Positions 1 through 11,222 are shown, counted from the first letter of the stretch. The stretch is 64,000 nucleotides of DNA from an uncultured Acidobacteriota bacterium (GCA_963796275.1 CAWCKY010000001.1:608001-672000); one strand, 5' to 3'. Notes: generated by a model not told the origin, from the sequence alone. A program made the numbers and translations.

Positions 1-17
1 GGTTTACTACCGACTGC

Positions 18-2222
18 TCAACCGGATTTCACCTTAAAGTTTATCACTCTGAATACCAGGGTTCTGTGATCATTGGGCGGGTAGATTTTCTGCGCATCGC
101 TGACGAATTTGAGCTTATATTTTCCCGGCGGGACATTGAATGACTTGGAGAATGGTGTTGGATCCGGAGAAGTCTTCAATTGCTCGGTAAAGAGCGGACT
201 CTCAATGCGCATAGTGCTTTCTTGGTGAGTTAACAGAGACATCTCGACCGTTATATGGCGCGCATAGGGGGCGGTGTTATGCAAAATGAGTTCACCAGAC
301 GGCCCACACCACCGCCATTCGTCTCCTGGGTTTCCCTCCAGAGCTGAAAACCCGTCGGCCCAGTTGGTAAGCAGGGGATAGATCGCCTTTTCGCGTTTTT
401 GACTGATCTCCTTTTCCGAGTACGTCTCTCGCAATTTCTGCTTATACGACGATAAGGTGAAGAATGATAGCCGGCCATTATTGCTGATCAGCGGTTTTAC
501 GTTCAACAGATTCGCTAAATCATTTTCCAACTCGGCGCCATCATCCCGATAACCGAAACGGTCAATATATATCCCTTCGAAATCGGTGAGCGCGACGGCT
601 TCTACCATTTCGGGAATCGGGTTCGCCGCTACTGAGGCTTGCCAGAGATCGCTCGGGCGCCCCCGCATCGCTCCGTAAGTCCAACGAAGCGATTTCGAAT
701 GTAAATACCCCTTCAGCAAGTCATAATCCGTTACGCGCTCGATCGCGGCTGTCTCCGGAAAACGTTTGACCGGGAGTTGGAAAATCATGCTGCCGGCAGG
801 TACGGAAGCCTCGATCTTTCTGATGAAATCGGCATCGTTTTGATATTCGACAATCGCATTGTCATAAACCGGAACAAATCTTTTGGCGCTTTGATCGATC
901 AATCCCAAGACAGTCAACAAAAGTATCAGCACGCCGAAGAGGACGTGCAGGCCGCGCGATGGGAAAAATCTCTGACGGGCTTTCTCAAGTAGCAGAACGA
1001 TGGTAAAGAGGGCGAAGAAGGAGACGTAAACGCTGATGCGGTTATAACACCTAATCTGTGGCGAGACCAGTAAGTTAAATATAGCGCTGATACCACCAAT
1101 CGTCCCGAGCAACACCGCGGAGATATTGAGCAAACTCAGATGACTCAGCGAGTCCTGGGTAGCTCCCTCTGCGCGAGCGATATTAAATCCCCGGCAAAGC
1201 AGGAAGCCAAGTAACGTAATAAAGCCTATTGCCCCGACAAATCCCAGCGTCGAGTCGTCATTCTCTGTCACCAGGGGATAGCGATTGTAATCATCTTTCA
1301 TTCTCCTCAATGGCCCATACCTGTGCCCTGTGAGAGGTAACACCAATTGTGCGATCTTAAGTCCATAAACTTCCGATTCCGCCGGGATGCGCTGCGCCGT
1401 ATCTGTCTTCCCGTTCTTGTACTGATAGATGATGCTCGGGGCAAGATTGGCGATCATTGTGGCAAAGATGACTGCAGTCAGGAAACCGGGCATCAAGAAA
1501 TAGCGAAGACTCTTAAAAGCAATGGTTTTAATGAGGCCGATAACCAAGAATAAATAGCAGGCGAAAAATGAGAAATAAACACCTCCCGTCGATGCAATGA
1601 GAAGGCAGAATACGATGCTGATGACAAACTTCGGGTTCCTCAGGTTGAAACTTATATCCTGCCGGTCTTCCTGATTGTTATTACTGTTCAGCCGGCAAAC
1701 CCATAGCATCACAAGCACAATCAGTGGAACTGCATAGTAAGCTGAGTACATCAGATGGTGCTCGCTGCGGCTGAGATGATATGGGGTGAATGTATAGAGC
1801 AAACTTCCGAGAATCGCGGGAAAGAGAGAGATATTGAATTGCCGAAAGACGTAGAACGAGGCAATCGTGACGAGTGGGAAGGTCAGTATGAAAAAAATGT
1901 TGAGAATTAAGGCATGATCGTCAGTAAAGAATGTCGCAAACTTTATCAATGATAAATGAAAGGTATCAGGTATTGGGAAATCATGTAACTCTGAGCCATA
2001 TGGCATCCCGATCTTCGGATTATTCAAGTACCATCCATGTTCCCCGATGCCTTTTATTAACATGCCATAAAACATCGTATCGCCAAAATAGATGAACGGT
2101 ACGCGCAAGTCGGCTCGATATAGTTTCAAGTAAAGATAGGTGTATAGGAACGACAGAGATGAGACAAGAAAATAAGGGCTTATGTGCTTCAGTATCGACT
2201 TAATCGGCGCGTTTTCTTTCAT
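18..2222 (-). CDS. Multi-pass membrane protein, putative GT-C-fold (YfhO-like) glycosyltransferase with C-terminal extracytoplasmic domain
   Basis: 734 aa with many TM segments, a GD motif after the first TM, and a C-terminal GFS..E..WRW domain. Lies next to a GT2 and another GT-C-like gene. Confidence 0.6.
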   Translation of the reverse strand: MKENAPIKSILKHISPYFLVSSLSFLYTYLYLKLYRADLRVPFIYFGDTMFYGMLIKGIGEHGWYLNNPKIGMPYGSELHDFPIPDTFHLSLIKFATFFTDDHALILNIFFILTFPLVTIASFYVFRQFNISLFPAILGSLLYTFTPYHLSRSEHHLMYSAYYAVPLIVLVMLWVCRLNSNNNQEDRQDISFNLRNPKFVISIVFCLLIASTGGVYFSFFACYLFLVIGLIKTIAFKSLRYFLMPGFLTAVIFATMIANLAPSIIYQYKNGKTDTAQRIPAESEVYGLKIAQLVLPLTGHRYGPLRRMKDDYNRYPLVTENDDSTLGFVGAIGFITLLGFLLCRGFNIARAEGATQDSLSHLSLLNISAVLLGTIGGISAIFNLLVSPQIRCYNRISVYVSFFALFTIVLLLEKARQRFFPSRGLHVLFGVLILLLTVLGLIDQSAKRFVPVYDNAIVEYQNDADFIRKIEASVPAGSMIFQLPVKRFPETAAIERVTDYDLLKGYLHSKSLRWTYGAMRGRPSDLWQASVAANPIPEMVEAVALTDFEGIYIDRFGYRDDGAELENDLANLLNVKPLISNNGRLSFFTLSSYKQKLRETYSEKEISQKREKAIYPLLTNWADGFSALEGNPGDEWRWCGPSGELILHNTAPYARHITVEMSLLTHQESTMRIESPLFTEQLKTSPDPTPFSKSFNVPPGKYKLKFVSDAQKIYPPNDHRTLVFRVINFKVKSG

Positions 2223-2409
2223 ACAGCTTCTGCTTTTAAATTATGTTTTTGACTAATGATCACTCGGTAAATATGCATCAAATCGAGGGGAGTAAGATTG
2301 ATTCGGGAGCGAGCGAGAGATGAGTTTGACTTTGTTCTGCGTGTATATGGGTGGATTGGGCAGGTGAACTCTATTGCCGTCTTCAATCGAATTATACCTT
2401 CCCCATAAT

Positions 2410-3990
2410 TCACATCTGGACATTTTCAAAATCGCTCTTCCTAACATGGAGGGCTTCGGATGCCGATACCCCTTCCGTCCTCGGCTGAGGGAATGTTTGC
2501 CTCATCAAATCCGCCGGCGAGTCTGTACGTGTACAGACAATCAGAATTTGAAAGGCGAACAGCCCGGGCCACCGCCGCGCAAGCATTGTCAGCGCGCGAT
2601 CAACCAGCCTTATCAAACGCGATCGTTCACCCGCCAGATCGGCAAGGGGAGGGCCGAAACCAATCTCACTGTCGATCCGGAAACCTGCATTCTTAAGCAA
2701 TCTCCGAAAAGAATTGACCGTGAACAGCCGCCGGTGGGCTATGTCGAGAATCCCACGCCCGTAATTAAACCATCCCAGCAGTAGCACAAGGCGGAGAGGG
2801 AAGAAGGCCACGTTGCCCGTGCTCGCATAAAGCTTCCCTCCGCTTTTCAAGTGCTTGAAGATTTCCTCCGCGCATTTCTCCGGCGATCTCAAGTGTTCGA
2901 GTACGTCGAGAGCGATCGCCGTGTCATATTGTCCGGCTTCGAATTGTCGCACCCAGGGGCGATCGAGATCGACGGCGAACTGCCTCATTTCGGGTTCATC
3001 CTGATCAAGCCATTGGTCTATGTGAGTTACTTCGACGCCGCGTTCGGCCATGCCACGGCTGACAGCATCACCGTTCGCGCTGCCCAGATCGATCAGGCTC
3101 GAGCCGGGTACAAGAGGCAGGTTTTTTATAAAATATCTGAGTGTAGTCGGAGCATGGGTGCTCCTGGTTCGAGCGATTGACTCGCTTTCGATATCGAATT
3201 TTGGGTCGTAGAATATATCGAATTGCATGAGCCGGTATTTGGATACCGTTTTGACGCATTGCCAGGCATACCGCAACCCGTTCACGTGGCAGATCTCATC
3301 GCCGTAGTAGGTCGGGATCGGTACTTCGGTAATGCGAAAACCGGCGGCGTGTAGCTGTACGATTATATCGGCATCGAAATCAAACCCCAGGCTATTGCTG
3401 GTGAAAGGAACCTGCCTGAGAACCGAGGTGCGATATGAGCGATAGCCGCTGTGCATTTCGGTCATCCGGGCGCCCAAAATCAAATTTTGTGTCCTCGTTA
3501 AAATGCGGTTGCCGATCCATTTGTAAAGCGGCATTCCGCCTTTGATTGCATCTTTGGGGTTGATGAAGCGGCTGCCAAAAACCGCATCCGCCCCTTCGGC
3601 ATAGGGCGCCAGGATGTGGGGTAGAGCTTCGGGCGCATACTGGCCATCGCCGTGCAGGAGTACGACGATATCGATCCCCTGTTCGATGGCATAGAGGTAG
3701 CCCAATCGTTGATTACCGCCGTAACCTTGATTATAGGGAGTGCGAAAGATATTCAGGGGAGCGTATCGACTCGGCCAGTCGACTTGGCCGGCGACTGCGA
3801 CGGTATTATCGCTCGAATGGTCATCGATGATGAATATCTCGGCGAGTCGCTCGGCAATCCAATCGGGGATCCGTTTCAGCACCTTCTCGATATGCCGCTC
3901 AGCATTATAGGCCACGATTAAGATGGCGACCCGATTCTCCTCCAGGGTGCGCCGCGCGAGCTCTTCGATATGATTCGAGTGGCTATTCAA
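2410..3990 (-). CDS. GT2 (polyprenol-phosphate glycosyltransferase-like) fused to a class I SAM methyltransferase
   Basis: N-terminal IVAYNAE, IIDDHSSD, HGDGQY and HSGYRSY (DPM1-like). C-terminal LIDLGSANG and DVLEHL methyltransferase motifs. Confidence 0.85.
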   Translation of the reverse strand: MNSHSNHIEELARRTLEENRVAILIVAYNAERHIEKVLKRIPDWIAERLAEIFIIDDHSSDNTVAVAGQVDWPSRYAPLNIFRTPYNQGYGGNQRLGYLYAIEQGIDIVVLLHGDGQYAPEALPHILAPYAEGADAVFGSRFINPKDAIKGGMPLYKWIGNRILTRTQNLILGARMTEMHSGYRSYRTSVLRQVPFTSNSLGFDFDADIIVQLHAAGFRITEVPIPTYYGDEICHVNGLRYAWQCVKTVSKYRLMQFDIFYDPKFDIESESIARTRSTHAPTTLRYFIKNLPLVPGSSLIDLGSANGDAVSRGMAERGVEVTHIDQWLDQDEPEMRQFAVDLDRPWVRQFEAGQYDTAIALDVLEHLRSPEKCAEEIFKHLKSGGKLYASTGNVAFFPLRLVLLLGWFNYGRGILDIAHRRLFTVNSFRRLLKNAGFRIDSEIGFGPPLADLAGERSRLIRLVDRALTMLARRWPGLFAFQILIVCTRTDSPADLMRQTFPQPRTEGVSASEALHVRKSDFENVQM

Positions 3991-4113
3991 GGTTGTTTGG
4001 TTCGGTTTATGTCTCTGATTTCGGGGTCGAGGGCTTTATTCACTTGAGAAACTCAGATTTTACCCTGCGAACAATCGTTTTGCATAGACTTTAATGGGTA
4101 TTGGAAAAACTGC

Positions 4114-6420
4114 TCAGTTTTTCTCGGATGGTTGCCATCCCAGGAAAAAGATTTGTATTGCGTCAGATTTCGCATCATCGTTGGGTAAAGAGAGCTTCAT
4201 ATCTATTTGCGCGTTGCGGTGCAAGGATTGTGGGACCTCGATCGTTTTTATGAAACTTCTATTCGACGGGTGAAATTGTTCAATGACCGTTCCGGCAACC
4301 TCGATTTTTATATCCCGTTTGGATTCGTCAGGCTGCTCAGGAACATACATCTTGATAAATATCCGCCCATCGCCCGCGATCGCCGGCAGATGGGTGATCG
4401 ATGATCCGCTTGTCCATCGCCAGTATTTGGCTCCGTCATTATCCAATTTGTGCCAGCCTGAGCCGAGGTATTGATCGGGTGACGTATCGATAATCCGGGC
4501 CCCAGGCGCCGGCGTCCATTCGATCCCGAAACATTTAAGACCGTATTCATGCCTACTTTTCGTATTGACTCGCTGATCGATTTCGAGGGAGAGAATAGAC
4601 CAGGTGAGCGACGGATCGGGCTTTATCGTAATTTGGTGGTCCATCTCGGACCCGGTGAAGTTGAAGCGGTCGATCTCGGCGCCATTCAGTTTAAATACGA
4701 GGGTAGGTCTACGACCAGGATCTGGCATATCTACGATGGATCCTCGTACACGCAATGTCATGGAATCTGCCAGGCTGTATAACGCGACTTTGCTCTGGAG
4801 CCGCATCCAACGCCGTATCCCCTCTCGATCGATCTCGATCGGGTACCAGCCCGAGAGAAACGCGATCCCCTGCGGTTTAGATCTGTCGGTTATATGCACG
4901 CCGGAGAAGCGCTCCAGGCTCGGTTTGGACAAACGTTTTGCCCCGACTTCGCTGGACGTCCAAATGAAATGCTCACCCTCCATACCCAGGAGCGGATCGC
5001 CCGTCAGCGTGAGGACGTGCGGTAGATCCGCCGTCGACCAGATCATATTGCTCCAGGGATCCAGAATCTCATCGAGCAAGGCCGTTCTGTGGTCCGGTAG
5101 ATATAAGGAGACAAACGGCGAATAGATATTCCCGTATAAGAGCAGATCGTTTTTCGGATCCAGAGTTTTTTTCAAATGATTGAATGCGCGCACCGGCGGG
5201 CTCACTTCTCGGTGCAACAGGCCGATTATCGGATAGGTCCAGGCGGCGATTACTACTGTCAAGCATACCGCGAGAAATAGCCCCGAATTCCTTAGCGCCG
5301 CATGGCGCCCTGAGCGGAAAAGCCAGCGAGGCGCCCAGATCAGACCACATGCTGCCAGGCCGGTGAAGAAGGGGACATACGGCAGGGAGTAGAGCGGACC
5401 GCCGAGCCGCGTGTTCAACATAAAGGTGAAGATCAAATAGGGCAGGAAGATGATCACCATGAGGCCGATATTCTTCCATTTCCGATTGAGGGCGAGTGCG
5501 ATAAATCCGGTGACGGCGAACACGTATACAGAATACATAATCCACCTCGCTCCCCATATATGCTCGAAAAAACGCCGGAAGCGGTAAAAGAAGGTCTTGA
5601 GAGTCGGAGCCTCGATAAATATTGTGTCCGTCTCGAGGATGTATCGAGATTGGTGATCCACGGCGCGGCGAAATACCGGCAAGGTGAAGTGGTAAACCAG
5701 CGGCACATACCAGACGAGTACGCAAAAGGTTCCAACCGCGAGCGCTGCCATGACGCTGCCCCACTGGCGCCGCCATAACCGGATGAGAAAGACCAGGGCG
5801 ATGGCCGGCACCATAACCGGAAGCACCGACGTTCTAACTCCCAGGGCCAGGCCGAAGACCGCGCACCCGGCAATCAGCAAACGCGGAGATTGAATACCGC
5901 GAAGGACGAGCGCCAACCCGATAATTCCGAGTGAAAAGGCGACGCCGTCGCTGCGCCCCGCGCCGCTGTGCACCCATACATTCGGCGCGAAACTTCCCAG
6001 TAATGCCCCGGCGAGAGCTATTCTCCGATCTTCCAGAACTACGCGATAAAGGTAGTAGAGCGCGGGGGCGACGAGAGAGGCGAAGATAAAGGCAACAGTC
6101 GTCAGCGCGCGATGTTCATCCCCTACCAGCCAGAAAACTACGCGCGTCATCATCACGAGGATAGGAAACCCCGGGGGGTGGGGGCTATGAATAGTGATGT
6201 CGAATTTATGTAAGGCGCGCGCAAACAGAATATCGTCGTATTCCCAAAGTGAGGCGGGAATTGCTATGAATCGCGTGGCAAAGCAGAGGAGGAACAATCC
6301 AAACGCGACCAATTTGTCATTTTTTAAGTCCAGCGTAGATAATCGCGAAAGGAGAGCTGAAACCGAACTCTTCTTAGATATGTTGGTGGGCGCGACAGGC
6401 GAGCCATCACTGAACTTCAA
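4114..6420 (-). CDS. GT-C-fold (ArnT/PMT-like) membrane glycosyltransferase with two C-terminal extracytoplasmic domains
   Basis: WEYDD...HSPHPPG motif after TM1, many TM helices, and two GW..E/D..RW repeats at the C-terminus. Confidence 0.65.
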   Translation of the reverse strand: MKFSDGSPVAPTNISKKSSVSALLSRLSTLDLKNDKLVAFGLFLLCFATRFIAIPASLWEYDDILFARALHKFDITIHSPHPPGFPILVMMTRVVFWLVGDEHRALTTVAFIFASLVAPALYYLYRVVLEDRRIALAGALLGSFAPNVWVHSGAGRSDGVAFSLGIIGLALVLRGIQSPRLLIAGCAVFGLALGVRTSVLPVMVPAIALVFLIRLWRRQWGSVMAALAVGTFCVLVWYVPLVYHFTLPVFRRAVDHQSRYILETDTIFIEAPTLKTFFYRFRRFFEHIWGARWIMYSVYVFAVTGFIALALNRKWKNIGLMVIIFLPYLIFTFMLNTRLGGPLYSLPYVPFFTGLAACGLIWAPRWLFRSGRHAALRNSGLFLAVCLTVVIAAWTYPIIGLLHREVSPPVRAFNHLKKTLDPKNDLLLYGNIYSPFVSLYLPDHRTALLDEILDPWSNMIWSTADLPHVLTLTGDPLLGMEGEHFIWTSSEVGAKRLSKPSLERFSGVHITDRSKPQGIAFLSGWYPIEIDREGIRRWMRLQSKVALYSLADSMTLRVRGSIVDMPDPGRRPTLVFKLNGAEIDRFNFTGSEMDHQITIKPDPSLTWSILSLEIDQRVNTKSRHEYGLKCFGIEWTPAPGARIIDTSPDQYLGSGWHKLDNDGAKYWRWTSGSSITHLPAIAGDGRIFIKMYVPEQPDESKRDIKIEVAGTVIEQFHPSNRSFIKTIEVPQSLHRNAQIDMKLSLPNDDAKSDAIQIFFLGWQPSEKN

Positions 6421-6545
6421 TCGACGTCTTCCTCCCAGATTCCTCGTGAATTAGCATAACAGCCAGGAGAAATTCTACGCCGTTCACCTATCTCAGGCAA
6501 AATTTCCCCGATTAGTGTAGGGTAATTTTAGAGTTGTTCAGCTGC

Positions 6546-7595
6546 TCAGCTTCGCACGCGCCGCTGCGATTCCTCCGGAATGATATCCAGCAACAATCTC
6601 TCATTTCTCCTGATAATAGTAAGTTGCGATTTCACACCGACTTTCTGATCGGTCAGCAGGCGATGCAGATCGTCTATCCCCGCGATCGGCTGATCGTCAT
6701 AACCAATGATCAGATCGCCTTCCTGCAAACCGGATTTCAATGCGGGGCTCTCCTCTTCCAGCGAGACGACCAGTACAGCCGTTTGGAATTGCAAGTTGAA
6801 ATAACGTACCAGGCGCCGATGTAGCGGAACGACCTGACCCGCGACGCCGATATAACTGCGGCGAACTCGTCCTTCTTTGATCAGCTGCCCGGCGACAAAT
6901 TTCGCAGTATTGATCGCGATGGCAAAGCAGATGCCTTGAGCTGGCAGAATGACGGCCGTGTTGACGCCTATCACCTCACCGCGCGAATTGACCAGCGGCC
7001 CGCCCGAGTTCCCCGGGTTCAACGCAGCATCGGTCTGAATAATGTTATCGATCAACCGGCCGGAGGGCGTGCGCAGGCTGCGACTCAACGCGCTGACCAC
7101 ACCGGCAGTCACCGAGTACTGAAATCCATAAGGGTTGCCGATGGCGATAGCCAGCTGGCCGACCCGGATCTTCTGCGAATCACCGAGCGCGACCGGCATC
7201 AAATTGCCCAGATTGATGCGCACCACAGAAAGATCGGTATCCGGATCGTCGCCGATTAATTGCGCGTCGCTACGGCGCCCATCGGCCAGCGTCACACTGA
7301 TTTTCGATGCTCCGTGCGCGACATGGCTATTGGTCAGAATGAAGCCATCGGGAGTGAAAATGAATCCAGAACCACTGCCACCCGCATTGCCGCGCGGGCT
7401 GCTCGGATTGCGCCCCTGACCCTCGTGATTGACTTCGATGTTGACGACCGATGGATTGGCTCTTTCCGCAGCTCCGATTACGGCTTGCGAATATGCGTCG
7501 AGTATCTCGTCATCCGTCTGGGTGACGGATTCCGATATGCGATTCGGATGGATGTTTATGCCGTCGTCTGAAACAAAATGTGAATGATCATTCAT
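6546..7595 (-). CDS. HtrA/DegP-family serine protease with one PDZ domain
   Basis: GSGSGF, TNSHV, D(L)SVV and IQTDAALNPGNSGGPL catalytic motifs, plus a C-terminal PDZ domain. No evident signal peptide. Confidence 0.92.
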   Translation of the reverse strand: MNDHSHFVSDDGINIHPNRISESVTQTDDEILDAYSQAVIGAAERANPSVVNIEVNHEGQGRNPSSPRGNAGGSGSGFIFTPDGFILTNSHVAHGASKISVTLADGRRSDAQLIGDDPDTDLSVVRINLGNLMPVALGDSQKIRVGQLAIAIGNPYGFQYSVTAGVVSALSRSLRTPSGRLIDNIIQTDAALNPGNSGGPLVNSRGEVIGVNTAVILPAQGICFAIAINTAKFVAGQLIKEGRVRRSYIGVAGQVVPLHRRLVRYFNLQFQTAVLVVSLEEESPALKSGLQEGDLIIGYDDQPIAGIDDLHRLLTDQKVGVKSQLTIIRRNERLLLDIIPEESQRRVRS

Positions 7596-7683
7596 ATTTT
7601 TGATATAGCACCTGGAGGCGCTAATGTGAAGTAGGTACCGCGCAGTGTTATACTCACCACGCGGTAACTGGTGGAGGTTTGAT

Positions 7684-8064
7684 GTGAATGTCGCTGTGAA
7701 TAAAGACAGTAAAACTCCGGCGGAGATTACCCTTATCGTGATCGGGGGCCGGTGGAAAATCCCAATCCTCTATCACTTATTCCAGGGCGTGAAGCGCTTC
7801 TCCGAGTTGCAACATTCATTGGATGGGATCTCGCAAAAAGTCCTGACGCAGCAATTGCGCGAGATGGAGCGTCACGGTGTCGTCCATCGTAAGGTCTATC
7901 CTGAGGTGCCGCCCAAGGTCGAGTACTCACTGACCCCGCTCGGCGAGACGTTGAAGCCCGTTATCGAAGAGTTATGCAAATGGGGGACAAAGTTCGAAAT
8001 CGGCGAATTCGAAGCCGAAAAGATTGAATCGTACACAATGAACGTATCTCCGAAAGAAGATTAG
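7684..8064 (+). CDS. HxlR-family winged-helix transcriptional regulator
   Basis: IGGRWK, RFSEL, ISQKVLTQQLREME and PPKVEYSLT motifs. GTG at 7684 follows a GGAGGT RBS. Confidence 0.92.
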   Translation: MNVAVNKDSKTPAEITLIVIGGRWKIPILYHLFQGVKRFSELQHSLDGISQKVLTQQLREMERHGVVHRKVYPEVPPKVEYSLTPLGETLKPVIEELCKWGTKFEIGEFEAEKIESYTMNVSPKED

Positions 8065-8130
8065 CGCTGACACTTTGACTGCGATCGTTTAACTATGGGG
8101 GATTGCAGATCGGTCCCAATCCGCGATCAC

Positions 8131-9210
8131 TTACCATCGCTTGAAATTAAATCTGTCGAGTGTGATGCCGAGCCCGGTGGTAATCAGCAGGTCGTTATTC
8201 CTCGAGCCGAAGACCTGATTGCTGATGTAGCGATCGCTGACGATGATATCCCAGGTAAGCCACTTCGACATCTTTGTGATAACTGCCGAATCGAATGTGA
8301 TCCGATATTCTCCCGTATTACTCATATTCGGAAAGAGTTGAAAGCGCTGCTGTATTGAAACGCGATCTGAGAGTTTGAAAGTAAGCTCCTCTCCAACCAG
8401 CAACTCGCCGGAATTGCGAGTCACCCCGGTCGAGTATTTCTCCCGGTCGTACGCGCCGCCGCCGAAGACCTGAAATTGTGTCCGATCATTCTTGATGAAG
8501 TAATATCCGATGCCTCCGCCCGGTACGGCTCGTAAGTCCAGAAGCTGAATCTCATTGTAGTCGAAATCGGCGAAGCCGAAGGCCACCCATCTATCGGTGA
8601 GATTGTGTTCGTAGCGGCCACCCCCGTGGATTGTGTTGGCTGTCGTCTCGGTCACGCCGCCGCTGTTGTTCTTCGATTTGACGTAAGCCGCATAGAGGGT
8701 TGTCTTGTCCCGGTTCGTCTGGCGGCTCATAATTGTGTCAAATGATAATGTGGTGTCTCGGATAGTCCCCGTTGTCAGGCTGTAGCCAAGATTCATATCG
8801 GTATCCCATAAATCCAACCAGCTCGGGTGGAGATGCCGTTCGTATTCCTCCTGCTCGGGTTTTGATCGGATCGCCTGGACTTTGCCGGGCTCGAGCGAAA
8901 CCAATGCGGCGTCCCTGGTTTCAACCTCGTAGTTACCTCCTCTGGTCGCGACCCTTCCAGCTACCGTCTTTCCATCATCGAGCGCAAACCAGAGCGTTTG
9001 TTCAGATGTGATCTGCGTTACTACATCGGCCGATATATTGATCTCGCCGGCATAATCGGTCTTGATTGTCAGCGTTTTTCCATCTGATTTGACGATCATG
9101 CCCGAGATTCGATCGCCATTTTTCAACGTTACCTCGTCGGCTAGAATTCGCGCCCCCAATCCCGGCCAGAGCATACATATCGCCGCTAAAATTACTATTT
9201 TACAAGGCAT
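8131..9210 (-). CDS. DUF481/YdiY-like outer-membrane beta-barrel protein
   Basis: Signal peptide, DEVTLKNGDRISG N-terminal domain and alternating beta-strand pattern. ATG 9210 follows GGAGG. Confidence 0.75.
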   Translation of the reverse strand: MPCKIVILAAICMLWPGLGARILADEVTLKNGDRISGMIVKSDGKTLTIKTDYAGEINISADVVTQITSEQTLWFALDDGKTVAGRVATRGGNYEVETRDAALVSLEPGKVQAIRSKPEQEEYERHLHPSWLDLWDTDMNLGYSLTTGTIRDTTLSFDTIMSRQTNRDKTTLYAAYVKSKNNSGGVTETTANTIHGGGRYEHNLTDRWVAFGFADFDYNEIQLLDLRAVPGGGIGYYFIKNDRTQFQVFGGGAYDREKYSTGVTRNSGELLVGEELTFKLSDRVSIQQRFQLFPNMSNTGEYRITFDSAVITKMSKWLTWDIIVSDRYISNQVFGSRNNDLLITTGLGITLDRFNFKRW

Positions 9211-9371
9211 TGCCCCTCCCTTCATTAACAGAAAAACCGAGAATTATGGAAGGAAATTTTCAGTTCGGCCGGAGGATAGTGCGAGATATAGATATTAACC
9301 GTCAGATTCATATCTGTCTATCGGTCGGCATAAGCAGATTTTTCGGATTGCAAGCCCACTTTATCTAAAAA

Positions 9372-9413
9372 GACAAAAATGTTATCTTTCACGCTCCTGG
9401 AGACATTTTTGTC
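9372..9413. promoter_or_regulatory. Pair of ACA-W4-TGT palindromic boxes, 30 bp apart, upstream of the NifA-like activator
   Basis: GACAAAAATGTT (9372-9383) and GACATTTTTGTC (9402-9413). Confidence 0.6.
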
Positions 9414-9516
9414 CAAGACGTTAAGCGGCGAAAGATATCGATAGCAGTGATGTTCGGGTGCCAGTATTGGCAGACATAACCGATGCTGAATAAAAGCACG
9501 AGGAGACAAAGCGGGC

Positions 9517-9530
9517 GAACAATATTGTTC
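9517..9530. promoter_or_regulatory. Third ACA-W4-TGT box (perfect 14-bp palindrome), possible autoregulatory operator
   Basis: GAACAATATTGTTC, about 45 bp before the activator start codon. Confidence 0.55.
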
Positions 9531-9574
9531 TTTACTTTCTCTTCTTCTTTTTCCTGGTTCTAGCGGCAGAGGAG

Positions 9575-11107
9575 ATGATGATGGATGAATCGGCACAGAT
9601 AAGGAAGTTGACGGCGCTGCTCGACGTGAGCCAGGCGCTCGGTTCCACCTTAAATTTAAGCGAGGCTCTTGAAAACATTCTGGAAATTCTCGACCGAGAA
9701 CTCGGGATGAAGCGCGGCGCTATCGTAATGCTGGAAGCGAAAGGGGAGCTGAAGATCCAGTATGCTCATGGGATGAGCGAGGGTGAACGGCAACGCGGTC
9801 GCTATCGTCTCGACGAAGGCATAACGGGCAAGGTCGTATCATCAGGCAAACCTGTGGTTGTTCCACAGGTGAGCAGGGAGCCGCTGTTCCTCAACCGGAC
9901 GCGCAAACGCGATCCCAAACAGGAAGAATCCTTCATCTGTGTTCCGATCAAAAACCACCGCAAGACGATCGGCGCGCTTTCGATCATTTATCCGTTCAAA
10001 CAAAACAGGAGCTTCGATGATGCGGTTAAACTCCTCACGATCATAGCTTCGATGATTTCGCAGAGCCTCCGAATGGCGCAGATGGTTGAGCAGGAGAAAG
10101 CACAGCTGGTTGATGAGAATGCGCTGCTTAAGCGCGAACTGCAACAGAAATATGATTTCCGCAACATCATCGGTACGAGCAAAGAGATGCGCGAGATCTA
10201 TGATCAGATCGCGCAGGTCGCGCATACCAATACTACCGTGTTGATTCGGGGAGAGTCGGGCACGGGCAAAGAGCTGGTCGCGCACGCGATCCACTACAAC
10301 AGCCCGCGTTCAGCCAAACCTTTCGTTAAGGTTAATTGCGCGGCGCTCCCCGAATCATTGATAGAGTCGGAGCTCTTCGGTCACGAGAAAGGAGCTTTCA
10401 CCGGCGCCGTTGCGCGCAAAAGAGGGCGTTTCGAGCTGGCTGAAAGCGGAACGATGTTTCTGGACGAAATCGGTGATCTTTCGCCGGCATTACAAGTCAA
10501 ATTGCTGCGCGTTCTGCAGGAGCGCGAATTCGAGCGGGTCGGAGGTACCGAGACGATCCGCGTCAATGTCAGGATGATAACGGCGACGAATGTAGACCTG
10601 GAACAGGGGGTGCAGGATGGGCGTTTCCGCTCCGACCTGTATTACCGACTGAATGTCTTTTCGATATATTTACCGACATTGCGCGAGAGAAAGACCGACA
10701 TCTTATTGCTCGCCGATCATTTCCTCGAAAAATACGCTCGTCAAAACGGTAAACGTATCAAGCGTATTTCGACGCCCGCCATCGATATGCTGATGAGCTA
10801 TCACTGGCCAGGCAATGTGCGTGAACTCGAGAATGTCATAGAACGGGCGGCGCTCGTCTGCGAAGGAAACGTCATTCACGGGTATCATCTGCCCCCCACC
10901 CTCCAGACCGCTGAAGGCTCTGGAACAGTTACAAAGATGAGCCTGGATCAGGCGGTCAGCGCATTTGAAAAGGACCTGATTCAGGATGCTTTGAAAACAG
11001 CGCGCGGCAACCGTGCGCGCGCTGCCAGAATGCTCGATACGACCGAACGCATTCTCGGTTATAAGGTCAAGAAATACGAGATTGATTCCAGACGCTTCAA
11101 AGGATGA
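9575..11107 (+). CDS. NifA-like sigma54-dependent activator (GAF-AAA+-Fis HTH)
   Basis: N-terminal GAF domain, GESGTGKE Walker [33 protein letters not shown], and C-terminal [13 protein letters not shown]. Confidence 0.92.
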   Translation: MMMDESAQIRKLTALLDVSQALGSTLNLSEALENILEILDRELGMKRGAIVMLEAKGELKIQYAHGMSEGERQRGRYRLDEGITGKVVSSGKPVVVPQVSREPLFLNRTRKRDPKQEESFICVPIKNHRKTIGALSIIYPFKQNRSFDDAVKLLTIIASMISQSLRMAQMVEQEKAQLVDENALLKRELQQKYDFRNIIGTSKEMREIYDQIAQVAHTNTTVLIRGESGTGKELVAHAIHYNSPRSAKPFVKVNCAALPESLIESELFGHEKGAFTGAVARKRGRFELAESGTMFLDEIGDLSPALQVKLLRVLQEREFERVGGTETIRVNVRMITATNVDLEQGVQDGRFRSDLYYRLNVFSIYLPTLRERKTDILLLADHFLEKYARQNGKRIKRISTPAIDMLMSYHWPGNVRELENVIERAALVCEGNVIHGYHLPPTLQTAEGSGTVTKMSLDQAVSAFEKDLIQDALKTARGNRARAARMLDTTERILGYKVKKYEIDSRRFKG

Positions 11108-11222
11108 AGTCAGCTCATTCTGCGTACCAACTCTGAACATTCACTATGAGCTCGCATAAATGCTGAAGTATTAATCGGGACCGCCTTTGTTTCATAAATA
11201 AATTCCCGGCACTGATGAAAAG

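Noticed and set aside
9230-9575. Sigma54 promoter for the activator or the DUF481 gene
   Set aside because: TGGCAC (minus, about 9463) and TGGCAG (plus, about 9468) lack a correctly spaced -12 GC.
9575-11107. Calling the activator nifA and inferring nitrogen fixation
   Set aside because: There are no nif genes in the window. The adjacent target is glnA and the candidate operator differs from TGT-N10-ACA.
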